Notes under the pieces: model-generated
Seen by the model: only the letters and a program-made list of their open reading frames with translations
Told to the model about the DNA's origin: nothing
Database searches by the model: none
Shown here: piece by piece, positions 14,575 to 32,905 of the stretch
Layout of the letters: every line of letters starts with the position of its first letter
Numbering within the stretch: position 1 is the stretch's first letter
Assembly: GCF_009914755.1 (NCBI RefSeq)
Contig: NC_060927.1
DNA: 64,000 nt
From: the human T2T-CHM13v2.0 reference genome, Homo sapiens
Reading direction: 5' to 3' (one strand)
Made by a program: the position numbers and the translations under genes

Positions 14575-16882
14575 AGCAGAGAGGTGGAGCAAGATGGTGG
14601 AATAGAAGGCACCACCGATCGTCTCCCCGACAAAGACACCAATTTAACAACTGTCTACACAGGGAAATCACTTGTGTAAGAACCAACTCTCAGGTTAGCC
14701 CTCATAGTAACAGGTTTTATCTTCATATCTCTGAAAGTGGCACCGAAGAGATAGAAAAACATCTTGAACAGCCAGTGCTACCCCTCCCCACTCCACAGCA
14801 GCAGCATGGTTCAGACAGCATTTCTCTCTGCAGGGAGAACAAGAACATAGTAATTCTGAGGCATTGAACTCAGTGCTTCCCTGTTTAACTGGACCAAACT
14901 CAGCTGCCTACCCATGAAGGGAGTATTTAAACCAGCCCTAGCCAGAGGGGAATCGCTGATTCCCGCAGTCTGAACTTGAATTCCCACAAACCTCACTCCC
15001 AAGGACTAAACTGCTCTGGGTCTCTAAGTAAACTGAAAAGGCAGTCTTGGCCATGAGGACTGCAACTCTTAGGCAAGTCCTAGTGCTGAACTGGGCCCAG
15101 AGACAGTGGACCTGGGGTGTGGAAGGCACATGACATACTGAGACACCAGCTGGGGTGGCTAAGGGAGTGGCGTCACCCCTCCCCTACCCCGGGCTGCACG
15201 GCTTGTGGCTCCAAAAGAGACTCCTTCCTTCTGCTTGAGGAGAGGAGAAAGAGGAGTGAGGACTTTGTCTTGCATCTTGGATATCAGCTCAGCAACAGGA
15301 TAGGGAACCAGTCGGAGTTGTGAGGCCCCCATTTCAGATCCTAGTTCCTAGATAACATTTCTAGACACACCCTAGCCCAGAAGAGAATCTGCAGCCCGCC
15401 CAGAAGAGGATCTGCAGCCCTGAAGGGAAGGACCCAGTCTTGGCAGCATTTATCAACTGCTAACTGAAGAGCCCTTGGGGGCTAAATAACAAGCAGTGAT
15501 ACCCAAGTTCTACGTCAAGTGTCTTGAGTGAGCCTCTGAGACTTGCTGGCTTCAGGTGAGACTCAGCGGTTTATCAGCTTTGGTGGCTACAGGGTGAAAC
15601 TCCTTCTGCTTGAGAAAAGCAGAGAGAAAAGTAAAGGGGAGTTTATCTTGCACCTTAGGTACCAGCACAGCCACAGTGAGGGAGAGCACCAAGGAGGCTC
15701 CTGGGGACCTCGATTCCAGGGCTTAACTTGGATGGCATCTCTGCACCTACCCTGGGCCAGAAGGAAGCCCGTTGCCCTGAAGGGTGAGTCCCAGGCCAGG
15801 CAGCATTCACCACAAGCTGACATAAGAGCCCTTAGGCCTTAAGGGACTATCAGTGATAGTCTGGCCGTACTACTACTCATGGCCTATGGTGGTGTACTTG
15901 GGATGAGGCCCCTCTGCCTTTAAAAAAAGGAGGGAAGAATGGGAAGGACTATGTATTGCGATTTGAGTGCAGCTTAGCTGCAGTACAATAGAATAGCAGC
16001 TAGACTCCTAAGGTTTTTGATTCTAGTCCCGGAGTCCTGGTTGGCACCTCTGGACCCACCCAGGTTCTGGGGGAACCCACTGCTCTGAAGGGAAGGACAC
16101 AGTCCTGGCTGGGTTGCCACCTGCTGATTATAGAGCCACTGGACCTTAAGCAAACATAGGCAGTTGCTAGGGAGTGGTTACAGTAGGCTTTGGGCAAGAC
16201 CCAGTGCTGTGCTGGCACTAGGTCTGACGACTTCAGGGTCAGACTAGTGGTGGTGGCAACAGGAGTGCTTGTGTCACTTTTCCCCAAGCTTTAGGTGGCT
16301 CAGAACAGAGAGGCTTCATTTGTTTGGGAGAAAGTAAGGGAAGAGAAAAAGAGTCTCTGCCTGGTAATCCAGAAAATTCTCTTGGATCCAGTCCAAGACT
16401 GTCAAGGCAGTACTTCCACAAGTCTTCAAGAACCACAGTATTACTAGGTTTGGGGACCCCTCTAAAGCAGATACAGCTTAGATCACAACACCTAAGTCCT
16501 TTCAAATACCTGGAAAGTCTTCCCAAGAAAAATGAGTACAAACAAGCCTAGACAGTGCCAACTACAATAAATATCTAATTATTCAATGCCTAGACACCAA
16601 AGAACAACTATTAGCATCAACAACATCCAGTAAAACATGACTTCACCAAACGAACTAAATAAGCTGCCATGGACCAATCCTGGAGAAACAGAGATATGTG
16701 ACCTTTCAGACACAGAATTCAAAATATCTGTGTTGAAGAACCTCAAGGAAATTCAAGATAACACAGAGAAGGAATCCAGAATTCTATCAGACAAATATAA
16801 GAAACAGATTGAAATAATTAAAGGGAATCAAGCAGAAATTCTGGAGTTGAGAAATGCAGATGGCACACTTTAGAATGCATAA

Positions 16883-17302
<420 letters not shown>

Positions 17303-17554
17303 TTTTTTTTTTTTTTTTTTTTTTGAGATGGAGTCTGGCTCTGTCACCTAGTCTGGAGTGCAGTGGCATGATCTCAGCTCACTGCAACCTCCACCTCCCA
17401 GGTTTAAGTTTCCTGCCTCAGCCTCCCAAGTAGCTGGGATTACAGGTGTGCACCACCCGCCCAGCTAATTTTTGTATTTTCAGTAGAGACGGTGTTTCAC
17501 CATGTTGGTCAGGCTGGTCTCGAACTCCTGACCTCAAGTGATCTGCCCACCTCG
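17303..17554 (-). mobile_element. AluS, 5'-truncated
   Basis: Ends at 'gatctgcccacctcg'; one TSD gaaaatct..gactt (16988-17002 and 17556-17570) brackets both Alus. Confidence 0.9.
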
Positions 17555-19225
17555 TGAAAATCTATGACTTACTGGCCTTATAGAGGAGGTAAGGGAAGAG
17601 ATAGGTGTAGAAAATTTATTCAAAGGAATAATAACAGAGAACTTCTCAAACCTAAGAGAAGAGAAATGAATAACACACAATGTAGCTCCAATATGTCTGG
17701 CAGCAGACCTTTCAGTGGAAAGCTTATGGGCCAGGAGAGAGTAGCATGGCATATTTAAAGTGCTGAAGGAGAAGAAAGTTTACCCTAGAATAGTATATCT
17801 GGCAAAAATGTCCTTCAAACATGAAGTAGAAATAAAGACTTTCCTAGACAAACAAAAGCTGAAGGACTTCATCAACACCAGACCTGTCCTACAAGAAATG
17901 CTTAAGTGGGGAGTACTTCAATCAGAAAGAAAAGGATGTTAATCTGCAATAAGTAATCACCTGAAGGTAGAAAACTCACTGGCAATGGTAAGTACTACCC
18001 AAAGCAATCTGTAGATTCAATGCAATCTCTACCAAAAAACCAATGACATTCTTCACAGAAATAAAGAAAACAATTCTAAAATTTATATTGAACCTAAGAA
18101 GACCTGGAATAGCCAAAGCGGTCCTAAGCAAAAAGAACAAAACTGAAATAATCACATTATCTGACTTCACATTATACTACAGAGCTATAGTAACCCAAAC
18201 AGCATGGTACTGGCATAAAAACAGACACATAGACCAGTGCAACAGAATAGAGAGCCCAGAAATAATCCCACGGTGAACTCATTTCCCACAGTGAACTCAT
18301 TTTTTACAACGATGCCAAGAACATATACTGAAGAAAAGACATTAATAAATGGTGCTAGGAAAACTGAAGATCCACATGGAGAAGAATGAAACTAGCCCTT
18401 TATCTCTTGCCATATACAAAAATCAAATCAAAATGTACTGAAGACTTAAATATAAGACCTTAACCTATGAAACTACTACAAGAAAACATTGGGGGAAAAT
18501 CTCCAGGATATCGGTCTGTGCAAAAATTTCTTGAGTAATACCCCACAAGCACAGGCAACCAAAGCAAAAATGGACAAATGGGATCACATCAAGTTAAAAA
18601 GCTTCTGCTCAGCAAAGGAAAGAATCAACAAAGTGAAGAGACAACCCACAGAATGGGAGAAAATATCTGCAAACTATCCATCTGACAAGGAATTAATAAC
18701 CAGACTATATAAGGAGCTCAGACAACTGTATAGGAAGAAATCTAATAATCTGATCAAAAAATGGGCAAAAGATTTGAATAGACATTTCTCAAAAGAAGAC
18801 ATACAAATAGTAAACTTGCATATGAAAAGGGGCTCAACATCACTGATCATCAGAGAAATGCAAATCAAAGCTACAGTGAGATATCACCTCACCCCAATTA
18901 AAATGTTAAAATGGCTTACGTCCAAAAGGCCATAACAAATGCTGTCAAGGATGTGGAGAAAAGGGAACCCTTGTACACTGTTGGTGGGAATGTAAATTAG
19001 TACAACCACTGTGGAAAACAGTTTACAGCCTCCTCAAAGAAGTAAAAATAGAGCTATCATTTGATCCAGCAATTCCACTGCTGGTTATATAACCAAAAGA
19101 AAGGAAATGCATATTTTGAAAAGCTATCTGCACTCCCATGTTTGTTACAGCATTGTTCACAATAGCTAAGATTTGGAAGCAACCTCAGAGTCCATTAACA
19201 GATGAATGGATAAAGACAATGTGGT

Positions 19226-22682
<3,457 letters not shown>

Positions 22683-23273
22683 AAAGAAAATGTGGTATAT
22701 ATACACAATGGAGTACCATTCAGCCATAAAAATGAATGAGATCCTTTCATTTGCAACAACATGAATGGAACTGGAGGTCATTATGTTAAGTGAAATAGGC
22801 CAGGCAGAGAAAGAAAAACTTCTCATGTTCTCACTTATTTGTGAAAGCTAAAAATTAAAACAATTGAACTCATGGGGATAGAGAGTAGAAGGATTGTTAC
22901 CAGAGGCTGGTGAGGGTGGTAGGGGGCTGTGCTAGAGGTGGGGGTGGTTAATGGGTACAAAAACACACTTAGAAAGAATGAATAAGACCTAATATTTCAT
23001 AGCACAACAGAGTGACTATAGTCAATAGTAACTATATACTTTTAAATAACTAAAAGACTGTAATTGAATTGTTTGTAACACCAAGGATAAATGCTTGAGG
23101 GGATGGATGTCCCATTCTCTATGATTTGATTATTTCATATTGCATGCCTTATCATCTCATGTACCCCATAAATATATATACCTACTATGTCCTCACAAAA
23201 ATGAAAAATTAACATTAAATTGCAGAAGGAAAAAATGGGGCTAATCAGACCTGCCTCAAAGTGTTGTAGAAAC

Positions 23274-23777
23274 TGAAGGGAATATGAATGTTACCCCCAA
23301 AATATGCCACTTTGGCATAAAAATTACTTTTAGCTGAAGGCAGTTGCAAAACAGCAGATGTGGGAAGACCTCTCTTCCCTCCCCCTTTTTGCCTAAAAGC
23401 AAAGCATAGATTTCCATTTGTTAAGGTATCCCCCCCGTACCATACCAGGGAGAGGAGCCTGACTCTTGGCACCAAAATGAATCTGCATAACAAGCCCTAC
23501 TAAGCAATCCTTATATGCCATACATTTCCTCATCGCCTCCCGAAAATTCACTGTGCCTAGGAGTCTTAATCCTCTTTTCCTTTATCTAGTTCCTTCACAA
23601 ATTGTTATTTGTTAGGATGATATACAAGCCCCTGTGTCTTTGAACATCTTGTGCGTGTAAAACTGTTAATAAAAGTTGTATGCCTTTGCTCCTGTTAATC
23701 TGTCTTTTGTCAGTTCAATTCATAGTTCCCAGCCACACATCCCAAAAGGGTAGAAGGAGAGTTTTTCCTCCCCTACA
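23274..23777 (+). mobile_element. Solo ERV1 LTR, MER34-like
   Basis: TG...CA ends; 'ccccaaaatatgccactttggcat..gctgaaggca'; AATAAA ~23668; 4-bp TSD aaac. Confidence 0.8.
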
Positions 23778-23859
23778 AAACCAACTGAGATAATTTAAAC
23801 TGTATTTAACATTGTAGCTCAGAGCATAGGAAACTTCAAATTTTTTCCTATTTGTTATA

Positions 23860-24015
23860 CTATGACAGTTACATTTTTTAGTATTCAGTTTCCTCATCTG
23901 TAATCTAGAGGCAATAATATCATCTTTATCTCAGAGATGTTACAAGCAGCAGATGAGACAACACTGATGTAGAATGCCCACCACAATTCAGGACACAGGA
24001 GCCATTATTGTTAAT
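23860..24015 (+). mobile_element. MIR
   Basis: 'cagtttcctcatctgtaa' core. Confidence 0.6.
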
Positions 24016-24359
24016 AGTCCCTGCCACACCACTGATCCTTAAAGTCGTTCCCCTGGACTCCCAGGTAATGGCAGTTAATGTGATCAGGGCCAGGGAAACT
24101 GAATCAACTTAGCCAAATATTCAAGAGATTCTCTCACAAAGCGGGCTGAGGCATTAACTGTTATATTTTTGCGGGGAATATAACAGTTCAAGAGATTGTG
24201 TCTGGCTGTGAGGCTGGTTCCTCCTAGTTGAAATATCCTCATGAAAAACCAACTCAGGCTCAGAGCCTGCTCAAGAAGGACCAAGATGGAGTGCAGGAAT
24301 GTTCGGGTCTCCATGGAATGTGTAGCTACTTTTGGTATTTTATGTCCCTGGCCCACTGT

Positions 24360-25036
24360 TGTAACCACCCAATGGGTTCACCTTGCCCACTACCTAGACA
24401 GAGCCGGTTTATCAAGACAGAGAAATTGCTATAGAGAAAGAGTAATTCACTCAGAGCCCGCTGTGTGGGAGACAAGAGTTTTACTTTTATTCAAATTAGT
24501 ATCCCCGAGCATTCAGAGAGTTTTTATGGACAACTTGGTGGGTAGAGAGAAGCCAGTGAGCCAGGAGTGCTAATTGGTTAGGTAGGAGATGAAATCATGG
24601 GAAGTTGAAGCTGTCCTCTTGCACTGAGTCAGTTCCTGGGTATGGGCCACAAGATCAGATGAGCCACTTTATCAATCTGGGTGGTGCCAGCTGATCCATC
24701 AAGTGCAAGGTCTGCAAAATATCTGAAACACTGATAGGAGCAGTTTAAGGAGGGTCAGAATCCTGTAGCCTCCAGCTGCCTGACTCCTAAACCATAATTT
24801 CTAATCTTGTGGCTAATTTGTTAGTCCTACAAAGGCAGTCTAGTCCCCAGGCAAGAAGGAGGTTTGTTTTGGAAAAGGGCTGTTATCATCTCTGTTTAAA
24901 CTATAAACTAAGTTCCTCCCAAAGTTAGTTCAGCCTACACCCAGGAAGGAACAAGGACAGCTTAAAGTTAGAACCAAGATGGAGTTGGTTAGATCTCTTT
25001 CATAATCTCAGTCATAATTTTGCAGAGGTGGTTTCA
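24360..25036 (-). mobile_element. Solo LTR8 (ERV1)
   Basis: Reverse complement starts TGAAACCACCTCTGCAAAATTATGACTGAG; exact 4-bp TSD ctgt at 24356-24359 and 25037-25040. Confidence 0.88.
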
Positions 25037-25037
25037 C

Positions 25038-25390
25038 TGTTGTGAACTGAATTGAGTCAACCCAAAATTCATATGCTGAAGTCCTGATTCCTCAGTGCCT
25101 CAGAATGGAATTGTATTTGCAGATCAGTTAAGTTTAAATGAAGTATTAGAGTAGGACTTAATCCAATATGACTGGTGTCCTTTTAAAAGGAAGAGACTAG
25201 AACACAGATGTTTGCAGAAGAAAGACCACATGAAGATACAAGGAGAAGGCAGCCATCTGCAAGCCAAAGATGGAGGCCTCAGAAGAAACCAGCCCTGCCA
25301 ATATCTTCATCCTGGCCTTCCAGCCTCCAGAACTTAAAACAATTTCTGTTGTTTAAGCCACTTAGACTGATAGCCTGAGCAGACTAATAC
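25038..25390 (+). mobile_element. MaLR LTR, MLT1B/C-like
   Basis: 'aaaattcatatgctgaagtcct..taatccaatatgactggtgtcctt..cttccagcctccagaac..gactaataca'. Confidence 0.8.
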
Positions 25391-26334
25391 ATCTGCTATA
25401 GAGAAACACCTAGGGAGCCTGGCTCAAATTCTTCCTACTCTCTCACTCTCCTTATCAATCCTGCTTCTCAGATTAGAATTACAGTGCATACTGAGACATG
25501 TGACAATTCATCTGTATAAATAATCTTTTCATATAAACTTAATTGTATAAACAGAAATGTATTTGTATAAATAAATTTATTTATAGAAATATAAACCGGT
25601 AGATAATGTGAATCCCTTAATGTGAAATTAAGAAAATACTCTAGTAAGGAGTTTGCCAAAGTAGGTTTGTCTACAAAAATTAATTATCTGGTAACATATA
25701 TTTGGAAAATACTGTATACCATAGGTCTTGTTAGAACCTCACAGTGTACATGAGCATATTAAAGGTTTTGAGAAGTACTGCAATAAACAAATGTGTTTGA
25801 GCAATATTTAACCCAGCATTTGAGAAAATATTTGACCATGGAACTCTTTCTTTCAGGAAGGTTTCTAGTGACAATTCACTTTGATAAATGTTCTGATCTA
25901 AACTGCCTCCCACTTACCAATCATCACGTCAATGTGTTATTTCCTCAGAAGTCAGTTAATGTCATCCTTTTTTTATTCTGATGATATTTGTTTTTCAGAG
26001 GGTGACATTTATTGGCTGCCTTCCCAGATTCTGAAACTTCTAGGCTTTTATTCCTAAACTATAGAAAAATAAAATTCTCTTAGTAAGGCAAGGAGAAAGG
26101 AAAAACAGAAGTTAGTGTAATTAACTTGTCTCATCATCAAAACGGAAGCTAGTGTCATTATTTTGTCACATCATTTAACTATAAAAGTTTCAACAGAAGC
26201 CAAGAAAATATAAGAAGCTCCCACTTGATGAAATATACTTTGGGAAAGGCCATCTTTTTTGAGGCTCTCTTAGAACCTCTGATTGTAGCTGGTATTTTTA
26301 AGAGCCCAGGTAAATAAGATAACTAGAGCCCAGG

Positions 26335-26991
26335 TAAATAGAGAAGTGTGCCTTTCCTCCCCATAGTAAGGGGTACGCCAACATTCTATAAAGACAGGTT
26401 AATGAGAGAGATGCAAAACTAATTTATTTAATCAATATTGTATGTGACACAGGAGCCTTGAGAAATACAAATACCCAAAGACCCAGGGAAAACTGCATTT
26501 TTAAGCTTAGATTCAATGAAGAATGGATAGCCATGTAGAAATGTGATTGGACAGAAGGTTATAATCTAATGGCAATAGACTGAGGGGGAAACCCAGAAGG
26601 TTATGATCTAATGGTAGTAGACTGAGGAGGAAACCAAGCAAGGCTTGTCTGTTCAGATTCTTCTTGGCCTGTCTGTGTAGCGTTTCTTCCCTCCTGGGTA
26701 TGGGGCAGGATCCCTCTGGAATAAGAATCTTCAAGGGAGAAGGAGGAGAGTGACCTTTCTAGGTTTTATGGCTTGTGTGTGGGGAGAGGAATTCTAGTTT
26801 CTATGATCAGCCCTCGGGAAGAGGAACTCTAGAGTCTATGACTTAATTCAGGGAAGAATGAGGCGTGGGAGACAGGAGAGTAGGCGAAGGTCAGAGAAAC
26901 CTTGCTTCTTAGTCTTTGCAATCTCCTTCAGTTCAAAGTACTCAGCATGCCAAGGTGCCATATTTTGAGGCACTGTGTTCTGAGCCCTGAT
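26335..26991 (-). mobile_element. Solo ERV1 LTR, MER39-like (copy 1)
   Basis: Reverse complement begins 'gggctcagaacac..caaaatatggcaccttggcatgctgagtactttgaactgaagg'; internal 42-bp tandem duplication 26552-26635. Confidence 0.75.
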
Positions 26992-27539
26992 AGAATCTAT
27001 CTGTTACTCATATGACTGCTGAAGGGGCCTTTCTGGAAATTAACATTTATTCTATCTCTAGCCATCTACAATTTGGCTTTTATCTTGATTTTAAGAGAAA
27101 AGATAGCTCAATGAGTTAAAAGCTATTGTTATTTATAATTGATTTTTGTCTTGCTCCTTGGCCAAGAGATCGATAGAACAATTAGAATTATTATTTTGTC
27201 TTTTCTTCACCTTCATGTCTCTTAAGATCCTGATTGTCATTTTAGATTCTTCACTGTGGGAGACTACGGCTTTTGAAGAGTCAGCCAACCAGCTTGAGAG
27301 TGAATATAATCACCCATTTTCTAAAATGAGTAAGTGAGGATGTAACTTACAAACCTGCTAGATTCCTCTGTTGAATTGCAAATAAAACTAGAGAAGCTGC
27401 CCAGAATCTCAGAATTGAAAAATGAAATGATGATTATCCCATTTTTCTATTAACAGAAGAGGAGACTTGGGACCAGCCTCCGCTGTGTGGTACCGAGCAA
27501 GAGCAGCTGCAGACATGCAGAGCTGGTTTTCAACTCAGG

Positions 27540-27700
27540 CGAGGCAGTGTATCAGCTGTGTAACCCTAGCAATTCCTTCAACCCCTCTGCAGCTGTCTCT
27601 CCCCCTGCAAAATGTAACAATTGCTGCTGTGCCCCCTTACGGGATGCTGAAAAAAGTTAAGTAAGATCAAATGAGTTTGTATCTGGAAAACATCATGATG
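27540..27700 (+). mobile_element. MIR
   Basis: 'gctgtgtaaccctagcaattccttcaacccctctg..ctgcaaaatg'. Confidence 0.5.
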
Positions 27701-27718
27701 GGAGGTTGAACTTGGTGG

Positions 27719-28267
27719 TATAAGGGTAGAAAATTGTGATATCTTTCCTTCCCATAGAAGGCGGACAGCTAACACTCTTAAAGCACAAGACAGGTTAACA
27801 AAAGAAAAGCATAACAAATCTATTTAATCAAAGTTGTGTGTGACACAAGAGCCTTCAGAAGTGAAGGTCTAAAGATCCAGGGGAAACTGTTTTTATGTTT
27901 AGGTTGGATAAAGAACGGATAGCCATGTAGAACTGTGATTGGACAGGTTATGATCTAATGGTAATAGACTGAAGGGGAAACCCCGCAAGACCTGTCTGTT
28001 CAGGTTCTTCTTGGTCTCTCTGCATAGCATTCCTTTCCTGTCCAGTAGAGGTTAGGACACCTGTTACATGAAGGTCCTCAAGAGAGAAGGGACAAAGTTA
28101 CCTTTCTAGGTTTTATGACTTGCTTTGCGGAAGAAGACTTTTAGTTTCTATGACCCAACTTGGTGAAGAAGAATTCTGGTTTCTATGACTCACTTTGCAG
28201 AGGGTAGTGGGGAAGACAGGAGAATGGGAGGAGATCAAGATGTTGAAGAGATCTTGTTTCTGAGGCA
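27719..28267 (-). mobile_element. MER39-like LTR (copy 2), 5' end missing
   Basis: Clearly homologous to 26335-26991; stops at 'tctgaggc' where a partial Alu begins. Confidence 0.75.
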
Positions 28268-28271
28268 TGCA

Positions 28272-28481
28272 TGAACTCCTGGGCTCAAGTGATCCTCCTG
28301 CCTCAGCCTCCCAAGTAGCTGGCACTATAGGTGTGCCACCATGCCCAGCTAATTAAAACAATTTTTAAAAATTTTTTTGTCTGTGTTGCTTAGCCTGGTC
28401 TCAAACTCCTGGCCTCAAGCAATCCTACTGCCTCAGCCTCCCAAAATGCTGGGATATAGGTGTGAGCTACCATACCTGGCC
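28272..28481 (-). mobile_element. AluJ, 3' part and tail missing
   Basis: Starts mid right arm at 'gaactcctgggctcaagtgatcctcc'; no poly(T). Confidence 0.85.
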
Positions 28482-28577
28482 CATTTCACTGTTCTTGATC
28501 TATAAATGTCTGTTCTTCAGGTTATAATGTATGCCTGATTCAATCCTTCACTGATCAATGAATAAAATATTTAACAT

Positions 28578-28583
28578 GTATTT

Positions 28584-28612
<29 letters not shown>
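28578..28612. repeat. (TATC)n(TA)n microsatellite
   Basis: Direct reading. Confidence 0.9.
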
Positions 28613-28614
<2 letters not shown>

Positions 28615-29180
28615 AATGACAGTGATAATTTTAATTTTCACAGAGGGTAAGTAAGACCCTGCCTGTTTCCTTCCAAATTTCTTCATGGTCCAAGTATCTT
28701 TATGTAATCACAGAAGACTGAGGGAATAATGACACCATTTCAGGATTTAAAAAATAATTGTGAAACATTCCTTGAAGAGACCTTCCTCCACATAAAGACA
28801 GCAGCATCAGCTGCTCAACAGACACCCCTTGGTGAACAAGATAGAGGCTCTCCAGGCAAGTCACAAGCAAGACTGCAACTGCAGTCAGGTTCTGTGGTCA
28901 GCCACAGAGGGACCTAAGGCAGCAGCAGTGGCTCAAGGAGAGCTGCATCTACAGCTGAAGCTGAAGGATTCTGATGGACATCAGACCTAGCTATGGACAG
29001 AGGGGTAACCTGAAGAACTGAGGAATGCATGAGTCTGAGCCAAGGGGGCCTCAAGCCTACAGATCTTTCTTGTCATTATTAATGGCATCCACATTCTTTG
29101 AATATCCTCCTTAAGGCAGATGTGGGGCTGAGGGGAATTAAGAATTAGGTTACTGTGTACTATATTCAAGAAGTTCTTAT

Positions 29181-29945
<765 letters not shown>

Positions 29946-30469
29946 TCATGATCCTAGTAATCATTATATAAGAATTTGGGTTACCAGGTTATGTAGGAAA
30001 GTAAATACGTTATTAAAATGCCCTCCTGAGCTGTCCATTTATTTAAATCATCCCCCATGAAACATCCCTGCCCAAACACACTAGTACCCATGCCAGCTAT
30101 CAATCAAAGATCTGGGGTCAGTCTCTCATCGGCTGTCAGATACTGTAAATGTACCTGCCACTTTCAGATGATATTCACGACTACAAAGACTACTATGCAA
30201 TCAATTGCAAAGTGAAATTGCAAGTCTCATAAAAGATGTGGTTCATGAAGCAATGAGTGTGACATTGGAGAATTATTTGAATCACATACAAAGCCGCAAC
30301 AGACAGGAAGAAATAATTAGCAACAGGGGAAGAGGAAACTGACCAGACAGATTTGGCAGACATCACAGTTGACTCATTCAGTATCTCCCAACTTTGCTTG
30401 CCTTACTCTGCTTTAAAGGCTGGAAAAGTTGAAATAGCCTCTTTCCCTGTCTTCCCTGCAGCCAGCAGG

Positions 30470-30670
30470 AACTAGATTGCTCAGATTCAAATCTGGCTTT
30501 TTCTCTTACGAGCTGTGTGACCTTGAGCAAGTCATTTAACCTCTCTTTACCTCAGTTTTCTCATCTGTAAAATGTAACTGCCTCATAGAGTTGTTCTGAG
30601 GATTAGATGAGTTAGTATATGTAGAGCTCTAAGAACAGTTCCTGGCACACAGCAAGTCCACAGTAATTGT
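30470..30670 (+). mobile_element. MIR
   Basis: Well-preserved core 'gctgtgtgaccttgagcaagtcatttaacctctct..cctcagttttctcatctgtaaaatg'. Confidence 0.85.
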
Positions 30671-30969
30671 GACCAGGAGTCTAACAGATGTAGAAGTCGG
30701 GTTGCACACGTGCGCAACTCTTGTGGTGGAAGTGAGGAGCCATGGTTGACATTCCCTCAGACTGCATATTTTGGAGGAGGGCTAGTTCCCTGTAGGACAC
30801 TCTGGATGCTGGGTGGGCCAAAACCTAGAGGTCCAAAAGTTCTCTGAGATCACCAGGGACAGCTCAGGGTGATTGTCATATGTCATGTCTTTAGTCACCA
30901 GTGGCCCAAGGAGAAGATACATAACTGTTGAATTCCAGAGTCATCACCACTGCTATCTTGCAAGGCTAG

Positions 30970-31430
<461 letters not shown>

Positions 31431-31972
31431 CGGAATGCAGAATCTCGCCAACACTTGGTTGACAATACATTATAATTATCAAAATAATTAAGCTCCATTT
31501 CAGTCCTATTTATCAAGTTTCTACTATTCATATAACTCATACCTTTCTCCCTTAATAATTTTTCTTAGGAAGCCCCTCAATTTCTTTCAGGTTTCTGGTT
31601 TCTGTTTCCCTAGGAGTGCCTCAATTTTCCTGCTTCCTTCCCTGGACCCTTCAGGGACTTAGCGGGGCTTTTGTTCCCTGAGTGCAGCCTGGCTGAGTAT
31701 CCTTGTCTGATTTCTTGACTACTCTTGATCCCTTGGCTATTTAGTTTTCCTCTTGAGCGTGGTGGTGAGTAATCACACTCAAGACTCTAGCAAAAGCAGT
31801 GCCAAGAACTAATAGAAGGCCCCTTGAGCATAAGATTACAATTTCAAACTAAAGAAATGTTTCTAATCATGTCCTACCTTTCCCAACTCCCTCCATGTCA
31901 TTTGTAATCATTCATCCTAAAAAAATACAATAAAATCTGATTATAGAATTCTTGAACTTAAAGCAGATTCTG

Positions 31973-32281
31973 AGCCGGGGGCAGTGGCTCACGCCTGTAA
32001 TCCCAGTACTTTGGAAGGCCAAGGCGGGCAAATCACTTGAGGTCAGGAGTTCGAAACCAGACTGGCCAAGATAGTGAAACCCCAGCTCTACTGAAAATAC
32101 AAAAATTAGCCAGGCATGGTTGCAGGCACCTGTAATTCCAGCTACTCTGGAGGCCGAGACATGAGAATTGCCTGAACCCAGGATGGGGGTGGTGGGGTGG
32201 AGGCTGCAGTGAGCTGAGATTGTGCCACTGCACTCCAGCCTGGACAACAGAGTAAGACTGTCTCAAAAAAAAAAAAAAAAA
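31973..32281 (+). mobile_element. AluS
   Basis: TSD aaagcagattc; small G-rich insertion in the right arm (~32183-32199). Confidence 0.93.
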
Positions 32282-32905
32282 GCAGATTCCTAGTAACACA
32301 AGTTTGTAAAGCTTCCATTTTGTGTAAATTCCCAGCTTGAAGAGAATATGTGTGCAACCCATGTGTGAAATCAATAAAATAGCATTTAATTTCATTAATA
32401 GGCAAGCCAATTTAACGTATATATGTGGCAAGAATGGTGACGAGTAACTCGTGATATATGCAGAACTTGAAATGACAGTGTTAGTAGCCATCAAGTCGGC
32501 AAAGCAGCATGAACAGGTAAGGCACACTGGCGATTTGGAGAAGGGACTTCTCAGTTGCTGCTTCATGTCGTCATGGATATTTTGACAATATTGTTCAATT
32601 TGCATTATTTGATTAAACATTCAGAACATAATTTTAATTTATTAATAAAGTATTATGGGCCAATTTAAAGAACAATCACTATCATAGAGAGCAGAAAATC
32701 TTTTTTTTCTTAGAAGATGTCTCCATAGTTAATCTTAAATCATTTACGCTTTCACTACTATGAATAGTAGCAAATAAGGACTGTCAAAACCAGGCTGGTT
32801 TTCTTCCTTGAAGCCATCTAGTATCAGCCACTCTTAGATGGACTTTACTCGTAGGCAAGTGGGAAATCCCTTCTAGGTTTAAACTAGTTCTTCTGCCCAT
32901 GTGCC

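Noticed and set aside
32033-32620. 195-aa ORF (likewise 4533-5114, 35554-36063, 45335-45775)
   Set aside because: These run through antisense Alu and give typical Alu-derived peptides.
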